Shown: piece by piece, positions 9,912 to 19,554 of the stretch | How positions within the stretch are numbered: the stretch's first letter is position 1 | Layout: every line of letters begins with the position of its first letter | Assembly (NCBI GenBank): GCA_963836075.1 | Contig: CAWIIB010000001.1 | Location: 480,001-544,000, forward strand | From: an uncultured Acidobacteriota bacterium | Lineage (GTDB): Bacteria > Acidobacteriota > JAQAZP01 | Length of the DNA: 64,000 bases | Direction: 5' to 3' | Made by a program: the position numbers and the translations under genes | The notes under the pieces: model-generated | Told to the model about the DNA's origin: nothing | The model's input: only the letters and a program-made list of their open reading frames with translations | Databases searched by the model: none

Positions 9912-11903
9912 ATGCCCGGCAAGCTCCTCATCGTCAACAGTTACCATCCCAGCGCCCGCTATGTTCCCATGGGCTCCTTCGGCATCTGCGACTACCTCGC
10001 CCAACAGGGCCACCAGGGGAGAATCTTCAACTGCGCCCTCTATCCCCCGCACCAGCAATCCCCTCTTCTCCAGCAGGAGATCCACCGCTTCCAGCCACAG
10101 GCCATCGGCCTGATCATGCAGTGGAAGGAATATACCGCCAGTGCTCTGCGGCTGGCCCGGGAGCTGAAGAAACTTTTTCCCGACATACCGATCATCGCCG
10201 GCGGCATGACCGCCGGCTACTTTGCCCGGACGCTGCTGCGGCGCCACCGGTCCATCGACGGGGTGATTCGTGGTGACGCCGAGGAGCCGCTGAACCTGAT
10301 CCTGGCCGGCCGGGCCTGGACCGCTATCCCGAACCTGCTCTTTATGGACAAGGGCAGTCTTCGCTCGGGCCGGGGCGTCTACCGGGCGGACTGCGCCACG
10401 CTGGAAAGAATCTCCTTTGCCGGCCTCGACCGGATGGCGGACGCCCGGAGCTACCTCCAGGCCGTGGAACCGGTGCTGGGGTTCCCCGTCTTCATCGGCC
10501 GCGGCTGCATCCACGACTGCCAGTATTGCGGCGGAAGCCGCAAGGCCTTTGCCGAACACAGCGGCCGGCAGCGTCCGGTCTTTCGCAGCACAGCCGCCGT
10601 TCTCCGGGACCTGCGGCTGATTGCCCGCCACACCGGGACGATCTACATCGGCTTCGAGAACAGCCCCCGCTACCTGGAAAAACTGTTCCGGCTGGTAGCC
10701 GAGGACCCGGAGCTGGCCGGCACCCTCACCTGCAATTACGGCTCCTGGGGCCTGCCGGACCGCCGGCTGCTGGAACTCTACGCCCGGGCCTTCCGCACTG
10801 ATGGCAAACCAAAGCCGGTTCTGGAAATTTCCCCGGAAACCGCCATCGACCGGCACCGCCGCCTGGTGCGCGACCCGGCCCTCTATTTCAGCAACCGGCA
10901 GCTGATCAACTCTTTGGAGACGGTCCGGGAACTTTTCGGCAGCAGTGTGCGGGTGGAGCTCTACTACAGCCGCTACCACCACACCCAAAACAGCCGGGAG
11001 ACTCTGGAAGAGGAACTGGAGGGCATCCACTTCCTCCACCAGCAGCTGCGGCGGGCCGGAATGAACCACGTGGTGGTCACCAATTACCACCTGGCCACCG
11101 ACGTGGGCAGCCACAACTGGGACCGGCTGATGGACGAAGGGGATGGCGCGGACGGCCTGGACACCCTGCTGCGGGGCCTGGTCCGCATGTCGTCCCCCGG
11201 CCCCGGCCGCCCACCCCTGGACAACCTCTGTCTCTACACCCCGCAGACCCTGGACCGCCGCACGGTGGAGAGCCACGACCGGCTGGTCTCCTGGCTCGAC
11301 CTGCTGCGCAAGCAGCGTTCCGACTGCTACTTCATCGCTGCCCGGGTCCTGGGATTCCGCGGCCTGGTGAGCTGTCTGCGATCGGTGATCGAGAAACGGC
11401 GGCTCGCCGGCTGGGGCGAGGAGGTGACCCTCGCCGGTTTGTCCCACCTGTTGCACGGTCTGGCCCGGGAACTGGAGGACCAGCTTCACGGCCTGCCGCA
11501 GGAGCGGCAGGATCTGGTGCGGGACCTGGCCCTGCTCCATGCCGGACACCTGGCCGTGCTCGCCGCGTCCGGGAGCTCAGACAGCGGTGGGCTGGTCAGC
11601 CGCCCGGTGATCGAGGAGCAGAAACTGTGCGTCACCGGCTGGGACCTCTCCGCCGCCGATTTCCTCGGCCGGCTGGAGGATACCGACCAACTGCCCTCCC
11701 GGGAACCCACACTGAATGTCTACTGCGGCCGCCGGATCGCCGGTTTCCCCCAGAAGCTGGAGCCCTGGTTCCGCCTCTTTGACGGGACCCGCACCGTGAC
11801 CGAGGTGCTGCAGCAGACCGGAGCGGACGGCACCATCGACCCGGCCGAGGTCAAGCAGCTGCTGGTCTTTTTCACCCGCCACCACACCACGTTCACCTGC
11901 TGA
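9912..11903 (+). CDS. B12-binding domain radical SAM protein with C-terminal wHTH/RRE-like domain
   Basis: N-terminal cobalamin-binding pattern (IIAGG..A, VIRGDAE), GRGCIHDCQYC, C-terminal LFDGTRTVTEV. Confidence 0.8.
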   Translation: MPGKLLIVNSYHPSARYVPMGSFGICDYLAQQGHQGRIFNCALYPPHQQSPLLQQEIHRFQPQAIGLIMQWKEYTASALRLARELKKLFPDIPIIAGGMTAGYFARTLLRRHRSIDGVIRGDAEEPLNLILAGRAWTAIPNLLFMDKGSLRSGRGVYRADCATLERISFAGLDRMADARSYLQAVEPVLGFPVFIGRGCIHDCQYCGGSRKAFAEHSGRQRPVFRSTAAVLRDLRLIARHTGTIYIGFENSPRYLEKLFRLVAEDPELAGTLTCNYGSWGLPDRRLLELYARAFRTDGKPKPVLEISPETAIDRHRRLVRDPALYFSNRQLINSLETVRELFGSSVRVELYYSRYHHTQNSRETLEEELEGIHFLHQQLRRAGMNHVVVTNYHLATDVGSHNWDRLMDEGDGADGLDTLLRGLVRMSSPGPGRPPLDNLCLYTPQTLDRRTVESHDRLVSWLDLLRKQRSDCYFIAARVLGFRGLVSCLRSVIEKRRLAGWGEEVTLAGLSHLLHGLARELEDQLHGLPQERQDLVRDLALLHAGHLAVLAASGSSDSGGLVSRPVIEEQKLCVTGWDLSAADFLGRLEDTDQLPSREPTLNVYCGRRIAGFPQKLEPWFRLFDGTRTVTEVLQQTGADGTIDPAEVKQLLVFFTRHHTTFTC

Positions 11904-11925
11904 AACAGGTGACCGTCACCACATC

Positions 11926-13164
11926 TCAACCGATCAGGTCAAAGGCGATCAGGCCGGTGAGCAGGGCAAAGTCCACCAGCTGGGCGATCTCCACCGACTC
12001 GTTGGCCACGTGGAAGGCTTCGTCATCCCCGGGTCCCCAGCCCACGGCCAGCACCCCTTCCAGGTTCAGGGTCTTGGCGTAGGTCCCCCCACCCATGCCG
12101 AACGGTTCCGGGGTGAACCCGAGGATCTCCCTGGTGTTGTCCTGGATCGCCCGCACCAGCTCGTTCTTCGGGTCGATGCCGTGGGGCTCGTTCCAGGACA
12201 GCACCACGAATTCGAAGACGCCGTCCTTGACCAGCGCCCCGCAGTCCTCCAGCTGAGCCAGCACCCCCTCGCGGGTCATCCCCGGGACGGTGCGGATGTC
12301 GAGGTAGATGGTGCAGCTGCCGGGCACGATGTTGGGGGCCGCACCGCCCTGGATCTCGCCGAGGTTCAGTGAAGGTGAACCAAGGACGTCGTGCAGTTCG
12401 TGCGCAAGCGTAAGCCGCTCGATCTCGCGCACCAGCGAGGCCATCATGAACACGGCGTTAATGCCCCGCTCCGGTGTGGACCCGTGGGCCTGGCGGCCGG
12501 TGGCGGTGATCTTGAACACCGTGCGCCCCTTCTCGGCCACGTCGATGCTCTTCATGTTCTCCCCGATGTCGGGGATCACGGCAAAGGTGGGAGCGATCAG
12601 CTTCTCCTCCATCAGGTAGCCGATGCCGTAGTCCACGCCGTCGGGGTCCTCGGCCTCCTCGTCGGCCAGGGCGGCCACCAGCAGTTCACCCTTCAGTTGC
12701 CGGTCCAGTCCCAGCTCCTTGAGGATTGCCGCCGCCACCATGGTGGCGGCCAGCGGCCCCTTGTTGTCCAGGGTGCCCCGGCCCACCAGCCGGCCGTCCT
12801 GCTCCACCGCCTCGAAGGGGTCGGTGTCCCAGCCTTCCCCGGCGGGCACGATGTCCATGTGCGCCGGCATCAGCAGTCGCCGGTCGCCCTCCCCTCGGCC
12901 CAGACGGCCGATGACATTGGGCCGGCCCTCCATCCGCGCGTGTACATCGTAGGGGATGCCCCAGCCGTCGAACTCGCGGGTGACGATCTCCGCCACACGG
13001 TATTCCTCGCCGCGAAACTCCAGCTCCGGGAAATCGGAAAGCTTCTCGGAGACCACGTTGATCGTCTTCTCGCGCACCATCTCAGTTGTCAGTTCGACGA
13101 TGCGCGCCGCCACCTGGTCCCGGTTCCTGTGGAAGTAGTCCTGCAGTGCGGCCTTGGCGTCCAT
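11926..13164 (-). CDS. M20 family metallopeptidase/deacylase (ArgE/DapE-like)
   Basis: AHMDIVP, GRGTLDNKG, ADEE, AHGSTPERG, FHVANE. Confidence 0.9.
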   Translation of the reverse strand: MDAKAALQDYFHRNRDQVAARIVELTTEMVREKTINVVSEKLSDFPELEFRGEEYRVAEIVTREFDGWGIPYDVHARMEGRPNVIGRLGRGEGDRRLLMPAHMDIVPAGEGWDTDPFEAVEQDGRLVGRGTLDNKGPLAATMVAAAILKELGLDRQLKGELLVAALADEEAEDPDGVDYGIGYLMEEKLIAPTFAVIPDIGENMKSIDVAEKGRTVFKITATGRQAHGSTPERGINAVFMMASLVREIERLTLAHELHDVLGSPSLNLGEIQGGAAPNIVPGSCTIYLDIRTVPGMTREGVLAQLEDCGALVKDGVFEFVVLSWNEPHGIDPKNELVRAIQDNTREILGFTPEPFGMGGGTYAKTLNLEGVLAVGWGPGDDEAFHVANESVEIAQLVDFALLTGLIAFDLIG

Positions 13165-13409
13165 GGTTCCTGTCCCCCAAAAATGCTTCCGATTAAAGTC
13201 CTGTTGATTCTCAGTCTTTCGGTCATAGTATGGCCAAGCGCCGTACAAATCAACGGCCCCTGAACGGAGCCGCTGTCAATTATTCCAACAATAGCTGTTG
13301 AAAACTTTGTTGAAAAAGGGTGCCGTGAAACCTCAAGCCGAGCCCGGTCAACAGCATCGGTCAGAGTGACCGATTTTTGCAACGCGGCCATCGACCCTCA
13401 GGCAAGGTT

Positions 13410-16400
13410 TTACGAACACCCCATGGAGTTTCCGCAGTTGAGGCACTTGTAACAGGCACCGTTGCGCACGGTGATGTGCCCGCACTGGTTGCAGAAGGGG
13501 GCATCGCCGGCCACCCGCGCCAGGTACTCGGTAAACGCGCCGCGCTTCTTCTCGCCAGTGCCCCGCTGCTGGTCCGCTGCCCTGGCGGCCCCGCGCACCC
13601 GGGCCGTCGGCGGCGAGGGCCGCTCGCCTCCGTCATCATCCACGTCTTCGTCGGGCTGGACCTGCAGGAACTCGGTGAGGCCGAGATACTCGAAGCCCAG
13701 CACCCGGAAGATATAGTCGATAACCGAAGTGGACCACTTGATGTTGGGGTGCCCGTTCACCGCCCCCTGGGGCTCGAACTTGGTGAAGGTGAAACAGTCG
13801 ACATACTCTTTCAGCGGCACGCCGTACTGCAGGCCGAGGGAGATGGCAATGGCAAAGCAGTTCATCATGCTGCGCAGGGCCGCCCCCTCCTTGTGCATGT
13901 CGAGGAAGATCTCACCCAGCGACCCGTCCTCGTACTGGCCGGTGCGCAGGTAGACCTTCTGGCCGCCCACCTGGGCCTCCTGGGTGAAGCCGCTCCGTTT
14001 CTTGGGCAACCGGTAGCGGTGCAGCGGCATGGCTTCCATGTCACCCACCGGCGAGGTGCCGTTGACGATCTCCTCGCCGGCGGCCACCCCGGCCGCCCCG
14101 CTCCCGCTGGAGGCGTTGAGCGGCTGTGAGCCCTTGCAGCCGTCGCGGTAGATGGCCAGGGCCTTGATCCCCAGCTTCCAACTATCGATGTAGATCTGCT
14201 TGATTTCTTCCTCGGTGCACTCGTGAGGCAGGTTCACCGTCTTGGAGATGGCGCCGGAGAGGAAGGGCTGGGCCGCGGCCATCATGCCGATGTGGGCCAT
14301 GGGGCTGAGCAGCCGCTCCCCGGTCTCGCCGCAGCGGCTGGCGCAGTCGAAGACCGCCAGATGCTCGTCCCGAATGTGCGGCGCCCCTTCGATGGTCAAC
14401 TGGCCGCAGATCCTGCTGTTGGCCGCCTGGATCTGCGCGTCGCTGTACCCCAGCCAGCTGAGCAGTTGAAAACCGTCAGCCAGCATATCTTCCGCCGGGA
14501 CCCCAAGTTCCTGCAGGGCCTCCTCCCCCACCACGTTCAGCGAGAAGGCCTGGCTGAGGTGGAAGACCGTGGCCAGGGCCGCTTCAACCCGGTCCACCGC
14601 CTCGCGGGAAAGACCGTGATCGAGCAGTTCAGTGTCGTTGATCGGGCCCGCGCCTCCGAGGGTCAGGGTGCCGCAGATGTGGGTGATAATGTCGTCGATC
14701 TGCGCGCTGCCGTATCCGAGGGTGGAGAGCGCCCGGGACAGTGACTGGTTGACGATCTTGAAGTGCCCGCCGCCGGCCAGTTTCTTGAACTTGACCAGGG
14801 CGAAGTCGGGTTCGATACCGGTGGTCTCACAGTCCATCAACAGGCCGATGGTGCCGGTGGGCGCCAGCACGGTGGTCTGGGAATTGCGGTAGCCGTTCTG
14901 CCCGCCCAGCTTCACCGCCCGGTCCCAGCAGGCCACCGCCGCCTGGCGCAGCTCCACCGGGCAGACCTCTTCGGGGATCCTGGCCGCCGCAGCCTGGTGC
15001 TGCCTCATCACCCGAGAGAACGGCTCTGCATTGACCGCGTATCCGTCGAAGGCCCCCTTCTCTCCGGCGATCTCCGCCGACACCTCGTAGGCCCGCCCGG
15101 TCATCAGCGAGGTCACCGCGGCGCAGATGCCCCGCCCCTCCTCGCTGTCGTACGGGACGCCGCGGCCCATCAGCATGGCCCCCAGCCCGGCAAAGCCCAG
15201 GCCCAGGGGACGGAAAACATGGCTGTTGGCAGCGATGTCACGGGTGGGATAGGAGGAGAAATCCACCAGGATCTCCTGGGCCGTGATCAACACCCGCACC
15301 GCATGCTCAAACTCGGCCACCCGGAAGGCGCCGTCCTCATCAACATACTTGAGCAGGTTGATCGAGGAGAGGTTGCAGGCGCTGTCGTCGAGAAACATGA
15401 ACTCGGAACAGGGGTTCGAGGCACGGATCGGCGCGGTGTTGGAGCAGGTGTGCCAGCGGTTGATGGTGCTGTGATACTGCAGCCCGGGATCGGCGCACTG
15501 CCAGGCGGCCCGGGAAATCTCGTCCAGCAGTTCGGAAGCCTGGAGTGTGCTGTGCACCTTGCCGTCGGTGCGGTGGCGGGTCTCCCAGGTGCCGCCGTTC
15601 AGTGCAGCCTCCATGAACTCGTCGGAGACCCGCACCGAGTTGTTGGCGTTCTGTCCGGCCACCGTGCGGTAGGCCTCGCCATTGAAGTCGGCCGGCCAGC
15701 CGGCGGCGATCAGGGCCCGGGCCTTGTCCTCCTCTTTCGATTTCCAGCGGACAAAGTCGAGGATCTCGGGATGGTCGGCATCCACGCAGACCATCTTTGC
15801 CGCCCGCCGGGTGGTGCCACCGGACTTTGTGGCTCCGGCCCCGCGGTCCAGCACTTCGAGGAAGCTCATCAGCCCCGAGGAGGTGCCGCCGCCGGAAAGA
15901 TTCTCGAAACGGCTGCGCAGGCTGGAAAAGTTCGTTCCGGTGCCTGACCCGTATTTGAATAGCCGGGCCTCGTCCTGTACCAGCTGGAAGATCGACATCA
16001 AATCGTCGTCCACCGACTGGATGAAGCAGGCCGAACAGAGCGGCCGGGCGTAGGCGTTGGATGTCTCCAGCGGTTCGGACCTGTCGAAGTCCCAGGCCCA
16101 GGTGCCGCCGCTGCCCTCGATGCCGTAGCGCTGGAAGAGACCGAGGTTGAACCAGACCGGCGAATTGAAGGCCGCTTTCTGATGGACAAGGAGGTGCGCG
16201 AGTTCAGCTTCAAAGACCTCGGCGTCCTCCGCGGTGCGAAAATAGCCGCCCAGCCACTCCCCCCCCTCGCGGAGGGTTTTGCTGACCCGGTGCACCAGTT
16301 GCCGGACACTCTTCTCGCTGCCGGTCTGCGGAACTCCGGCCTTGCGAAAATACTTGGAAACAACAACATCGGTGGCCAGCTGGGACCAGTCCACTGGAAC

Positions 16401-16616
16401 TTCCACGTCGTTCATGCGGAAGACTTCGCTGCCGTCCGGGTCGCGGATCACCGAGGACCGCTCCACGTAGGTCACTTCGTCGAGCGGGTTGATGCCGGGG
16501 CTGCTGTTCAGGCGGCTGAACGACAGGCCAACGGTCCCTGTCTCCTTCTTCTCCTCAGCGGCAGCAGTTGTTGGTTCTGTACGATTTTCGGCAACACTTT
16601 TCTTTTCCGGCCCCAT
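13410..16616 (-). CDS. nrdJ: Class II (adenosylcobalamin-dependent) ribonucleotide reductase
   Basis: FNSPVWFN, SACFI, SNPCSE, ACNL, APTGTIG, ISKTVN, TSCPD domain and C-terminal CxxC...CxxC..GCS. Start chosen at the ATG with a GGAGG RBS. Confidence 0.95.
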   Translation of the reverse strand: MGPEKKSVAENRTEPTTAAAEEKKETGTVGLSFSRLNSSPGINPLDEVTYVERSSVIRDPDGSEVFRMNDVEVPVDWSQLATDVVVSKYFRKAGVPQTGSEKSVRQLVHRVSKTLREGGEWLGGYFRTAEDAEVFEAELAHLLVHQKAAFNSPVWFNLGLFQRYGIEGSGGTWAWDFDRSEPLETSNAYARPLCSACFIQSVDDDLMSIFQLVQDEARLFKYGSGTGTNFSSLRSRFENLSGGGTSSGLMSFLEVLDRGAGATKSGGTTRRAAKMVCVDADHPEILDFVRWKSKEEDKARALIAAGWPADFNGEAYRTVAGQNANNSVRVSDEFMEAALNGGTWETRHRTDGKVHSTLQASELLDEISRAAWQCADPGLQYHSTINRWHTCSNTAPIRASNPCSEFMFLDDSACNLSSINLLKYVDEDGAFRVAEFEHAVRVLITAQEILVDFSSYPTRDIAANSHVFRPLGLGFAGLGAMLMGRGVPYDSEEGRGICAAVTSLMTGRAYEVSAEIAGEKGAFDGYAVNAEPFSRVMRQHQAAAARIPEEVCPVELRQAAVACWDRAVKLGGQNGYRNSQTTVLAPTGTIGLLMDCETTGIEPDFALVKFKKLAGGGHFKIVNQSLSRALSTLGYGSAQIDDIITHICGTLTLGGAGPINDTELLDHGLSREAVDRVEAALATVFHLSQAFSLNVVGEEALQELGVPAEDMLADGFQLLSWLGYSDAQIQAANSRICGQLTIEGAPHIRDEHLAVFDCASRCGETGERLLSPMAHIGMMAAAQPFLSGAISKTVNLPHECTEEEIKQIYIDSWKLGIKALAIYRDGCKGSQPLNASSGSGAAGVAAGEEIVNGTSPVGDMEAMPLHRYRLPKKRSGFTQEAQVGGQKVYLRTGQYEDGSLGEIFLDMHKEGAALRSMMNCFAIAISLGLQYGVPLKEYVDCFTFTKFEPQGAVNGHPNIKWSTSVIDYIFRVLGFEYLGLTEFLQVQPDEDVDDDGGERPSPPTARVRGAARAADQQRGTGEKKRGAFTEYLARVAGDAPFCNQCGHITVRNGACYKCLNCGNSMGCS

Positions 16617-16702
16617 GAGCCAACCTCCCCGGGAAGAACACTTTGCAACACCCGGCACCGTCTGGGGCGCGGATCGCTGCTCTCTTGTCATTTGTTCGAT
16701 TT

Positions 16703-16750
16703 ATACCAGATATAGTATAGGAAGAGAATCCAATACGCAAGATATAGTGC
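16703..16750. promoter_or_regulatory. Tandem NrdR boxes
   Basis: ATACCAGATATAGTAT (16703) and ACGCAAGATATAGTGC (16735) resemble acaCwAtATaTwGtgt, lie 32 bp apart and sit upstream of nrdJ. Confidence 0.85.
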
Positions 16751-16912
16751 CCAAACGAAGGGAGAGTTTCAAGATATTTTTGGACAAGATATTTATCCTT
16801 GGTATTGTCGAAACGCATCTCGCGACGAAAGCGCCCGGATGGAAACAAACCATGTCCGGACTTGTCTGCACACTGATCAAAAGAACATAATGTGGGGGAC
16901 GAAAGGAAATCG

Positions 16913-17971
16913 ATGAGCGAATCAACAAACAACATCTCCCCACCCTCCCGTGTCCAGGTAAAGCCCACATCAAGCTGCAACCTGCGCTGCCGCACCTGCA
17001 CCCTGTGGCACACCGATATCGAGAGCGGGGTCGAGACAGATTCCGGGGCTCGTCGGCTCTCCGACGCGGAACTGGGAACATTGATTGCTGATTTTGCGTC
17101 CTGGGGTGTGCAGCGTCTCGAGATTGCCGACGGTGAACCGTTTCTCCGCCAGGGCACACCGCAACTGATCAAGCAGGCCGCTTCCCTGGGCCTCAATACC
17201 ATGGCGATCAGTAACGGTACCTTGATCGACCGTGCACTGGCCGCCCGGCTGGTGCGCGACGGGCTGAACACCCTGATTGTCTCACTGGACGGCCCCCGGG
17301 AGCTGCACGACGAGATTCGCGGGGTGGAGGGCACCTTTGCAAAAATCAGCCGGGCCGTTGGCCTGATCAACGAGGAGAAGAAACGGTGCGGGAGCCCCTC
17401 ACCCACCCTGATCTTCCACACTGTGGTCAGCCGGCTCAATTTGCGCCGGCTGGACGAAGTGCTTGAGATCTCCGAAACGCTGGGAGCGGCGGCGGCCGCG
17501 TTCCGTTACCTTTCACAGGTGCCGCCCGAGGCGGTGACCCTGACCAACGAAGCACTTGGCGGAGAATACGCCTCTCCGGCCCACCACTACACCGTGGAGG
17601 AGGATCTGGGTATCCCCGCCGAGGATCTTCCGCAGTTGGGGGCGATGCTGGAGAAGCTGGTGCAGACCGGGAACCGCTGCACCGTGCAGCTGGCTCTCGA
17701 CCCGCTGCTCTTTGACCTGGCCCGTGAGAACCGACATGTACCGCGCAGTTTCCAGGGGCCGGGCTGCCCGCTGGTGGGTGACTTCCTGCAGATCTCTCCC
17801 CGGGGAGTGGTCCACCCCTGCCCCATGCTCACCGGCCGCGGCCTGGGCAGTGTCCGCAACAAAACGGTGCGTGAGATCTTCGAGGCGCCGGAGTCACAGG
17901 CCCTGATCCAGAGGATCCAGGACCTCTTCCCCCTGCCCATCTGTCCCCACTGCTGTTACCGGGAAAAGTAG
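16913..17971 (+). CDS. Radical SAM protein with SPASM/twitch domain
   Basis: CNLRCRTC, DGEPF, SNGTL, VSLDG; C-terminal C..ISPRG.V.PC...CPHCC. Confidence 0.88.
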   Translation: MSESTNNISPPSRVQVKPTSSCNLRCRTCTLWHTDIESGVETDSGARRLSDAELGTLIADFASWGVQRLEIADGEPFLRQGTPQLIKQAASLGLNTMAISNGTLIDRALAARLVRDGLNTLIVSLDGPRELHDEIRGVEGTFAKISRAVGLINEEKKRCGSPSPTLIFHTVVSRLNLRRLDEVLEISETLGAAAAAFRYLSQVPPEAVTLTNEALGGEYASPAHHYTVEEDLGIPAEDLPQLGAMLEKLVQTGNRCTVQLALDPLLFDLARENRHVPRSFQGPGCPLVGDFLQISPRGVVHPCPMLTGRGLGSVRNKTVREIFEAPESQALIQRIQDLFPLPICPHCCYREK

Positions 17972-19243
17972 TCAGGGCTGTTTGACCCAGCTGGTGAGAA
18001 TCCTGTGCACCCCCTCGCAGGCCCGGTCCCAGTCGTACTGCGCCACCCAGCGGATCCCCCGCTGCTGCCAGGCCTCCAGCGCCTCGGGCCGCTTTTCCCG
18101 CATCGACTGGAAATGCTCGATGGCCCTGGCGATGGCCGCATCGGTGAGTTTCTGGATCTCCCAGTCCTCGGGCCAGGCCTTGATGCGCACGGTCTCCATG
18201 CGGTGGGCGGCGTCGCCGCAGACCTCGCGGCGCACGTCGCAGCTGTCGGGGTGGGTCACCGGCGTGCCGCAGGCCATGGCCTCCACCAGAGGCAGGCCGA
18301 AGGTCTCCAGGTCACTGGGGTGGAGATAGAGGTCGGCAGCGCCGTAAAGCTGGGCCATGTTCATCTCCGGCTCCACCAGCCGGTGGCCCTCCCAGCGGCC
18401 CAGCACCTGGTGCACCCCCCGGGTCTCGTCCTCCAGCCCTCCGGTGAAGGAGACCTGGTCGGACACGCCCAGCCTGGCGGCGATGTCCGGCAGGTCGAAG
18501 CCGCCGGGGATCTCCGCGCCGTCGGGAAGCTTGAACGTCTCGCTGACCACCGGCCGGCAGTGGAAACAGCAACGGACGTTCTCCACGCCCCTCTCCTTAA
18601 GCAGGGCCAGGGCCCGCATCACCCGGTGGTGCTTCTTGTTCGGGCGGTTGCGCGAGATGTAGAGCACGCCGAAGGTCTCCCGGTCCCAGCCCAACCGCTG
18701 CCGATCCGCCTGCCGCCGCTCACCGGTGGGAGGCTGAAAGAGCTTGTGGTTCAGCCCGTGAGGCACCACGTCGCACTCCAGCCCGCTCATCTTGAGGATC
18801 GCCCGGCGGGCATACTCGGTGTAGGCGATGTTGCGGTCCACCAGGCCGAAGAGCCGCACGTCGTTGTCCGGCATCTCGTCCACCGCCGCGCCACGGTAGG
18901 CCAGCAACGGCACGTCCGGCCCCAGGGCCTCGCGGGCGATGGCGGCCCAGGTGCCCAGGGTGCGGTGTTCGTTGTTGAGCAGCACGATGTCCGGTGCACA
19001 GCGGAGCAGCTCGTCGCCCAGAACCTGTTCGCCGTAAGGCATCCGTCGGGGCATCTCCATCACCGGGAAGGGAAAAAGGTCCGGCGGGACGCTGCCCTCC
19101 TCGGCCAGGGCGCCGAAGACCCGCACCGACCAGCCCAGCCGCTGCAGGCCGGTGGTGAGGTAATATGCCACCGTGCCGAAACCGGTGGTCAGCGCCGGAT
19201 GGTCACCGATGTAGAAAACTGTTGGCAAACGCTTCCCCCCCAT
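17972..19243 (-). CDS. GT4 (GT-B) glycosyltransferase
   Basis: TGFGTV, VPHG, RNRPNK, ETFGLPLVEAMACGTP. Start at 19243 or 19282. Confidence 0.88.
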   Translation of the reverse strand: MGGKRLPTVFYIGDHPALTTGFGTVAYYLTTGLQRLGWSVRVFGALAEEGSVPPDLFPFPVMEMPRRMPYGEQVLGDELLRCAPDIVLLNNEHRTLGTWAAIAREALGPDVPLLAYRGAAVDEMPDNDVRLFGLVDRNIAYTEYARRAILKMSGLECDVVPHGLNHKLFQPPTGERRQADRQRLGWDRETFGVLYISRNRPNKKHHRVMRALALLKERGVENVRCCFHCRPVVSETFKLPDGAEIPGGFDLPDIAARLGVSDQVSFTGGLEDETRGVHQVLGRWEGHRLVEPEMNMAQLYGAADLYLHPSDLETFGLPLVEAMACGTPVTHPDSCDVRREVCGDAAHRMETVRIKAWPEDWEIQKLTDAAIARAIEHFQSMREKRPEALEAWQQRGIRWVAQYDWDRACEGVHRILTSWVKQP

Positions 19244-19277
19244 GTCATCGCAAGAAACGTCGAAGACGGCTCTCTTC

Positions 19278-19449
19278 GTCATCGTGAGGAGCAGGCGAAG
19301 CCTGCGACGTGGCGATCTCTCCGTCAGAGATATTGTCGCTTTGAGACTGCCGCGTCGCCCGCTTCGCGGGCTCCTCGCAGTGACAGTGTTGGCGCCGTTC
19401 CTTCAACTGACTTCCCGCGGCCCCCGAGGGTCGGGGGCTCACAATGACA
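19278..19449. repeat. REP/RPE-like palindromic element cluster (GTCA.TGCGAG...CTCGCA.TGAC type)
   Basis: 42-bp inverted copies at 19278-19319 and 19343-19384, plus a third degenerate copy ending CTCACAATGAC at 19449. Confidence 0.75.
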
Positions 19450-19554
19450 GATCGGCGTGATTATAGCCGATCTGCAGCCAGGTGGTAGGGCAAGGCTCAA
19501 TTGACTGAATTTGTCCGACTCTTTATACTTTCGAGCCTGACTCAAGGGAGCAAC

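Noticed and set aside
7330-10113. 927-aa plus-strand ORF and other long antisense ORFs (e.g. 55011-57602, 30502-32499, 19324-21039)
   Set aside because: Shadow ORFs opposite well-supported genes in high-GC DNA, with no motifs.
13280-13320. TGTTGAAAA repeats resembling DnaA boxes
   Set aside because: Two mismatches each, few copies, and no oriC context.
13410-16616. Intein in NrdJ
   Set aside because: Length is ordinary and no intein terminal or LAGLIDADG motifs were seen.
16616-16913. Cobalamin riboswitch before nrdJ
   Set aside because: No B12-box recognisable; NrdR boxes explain the region.
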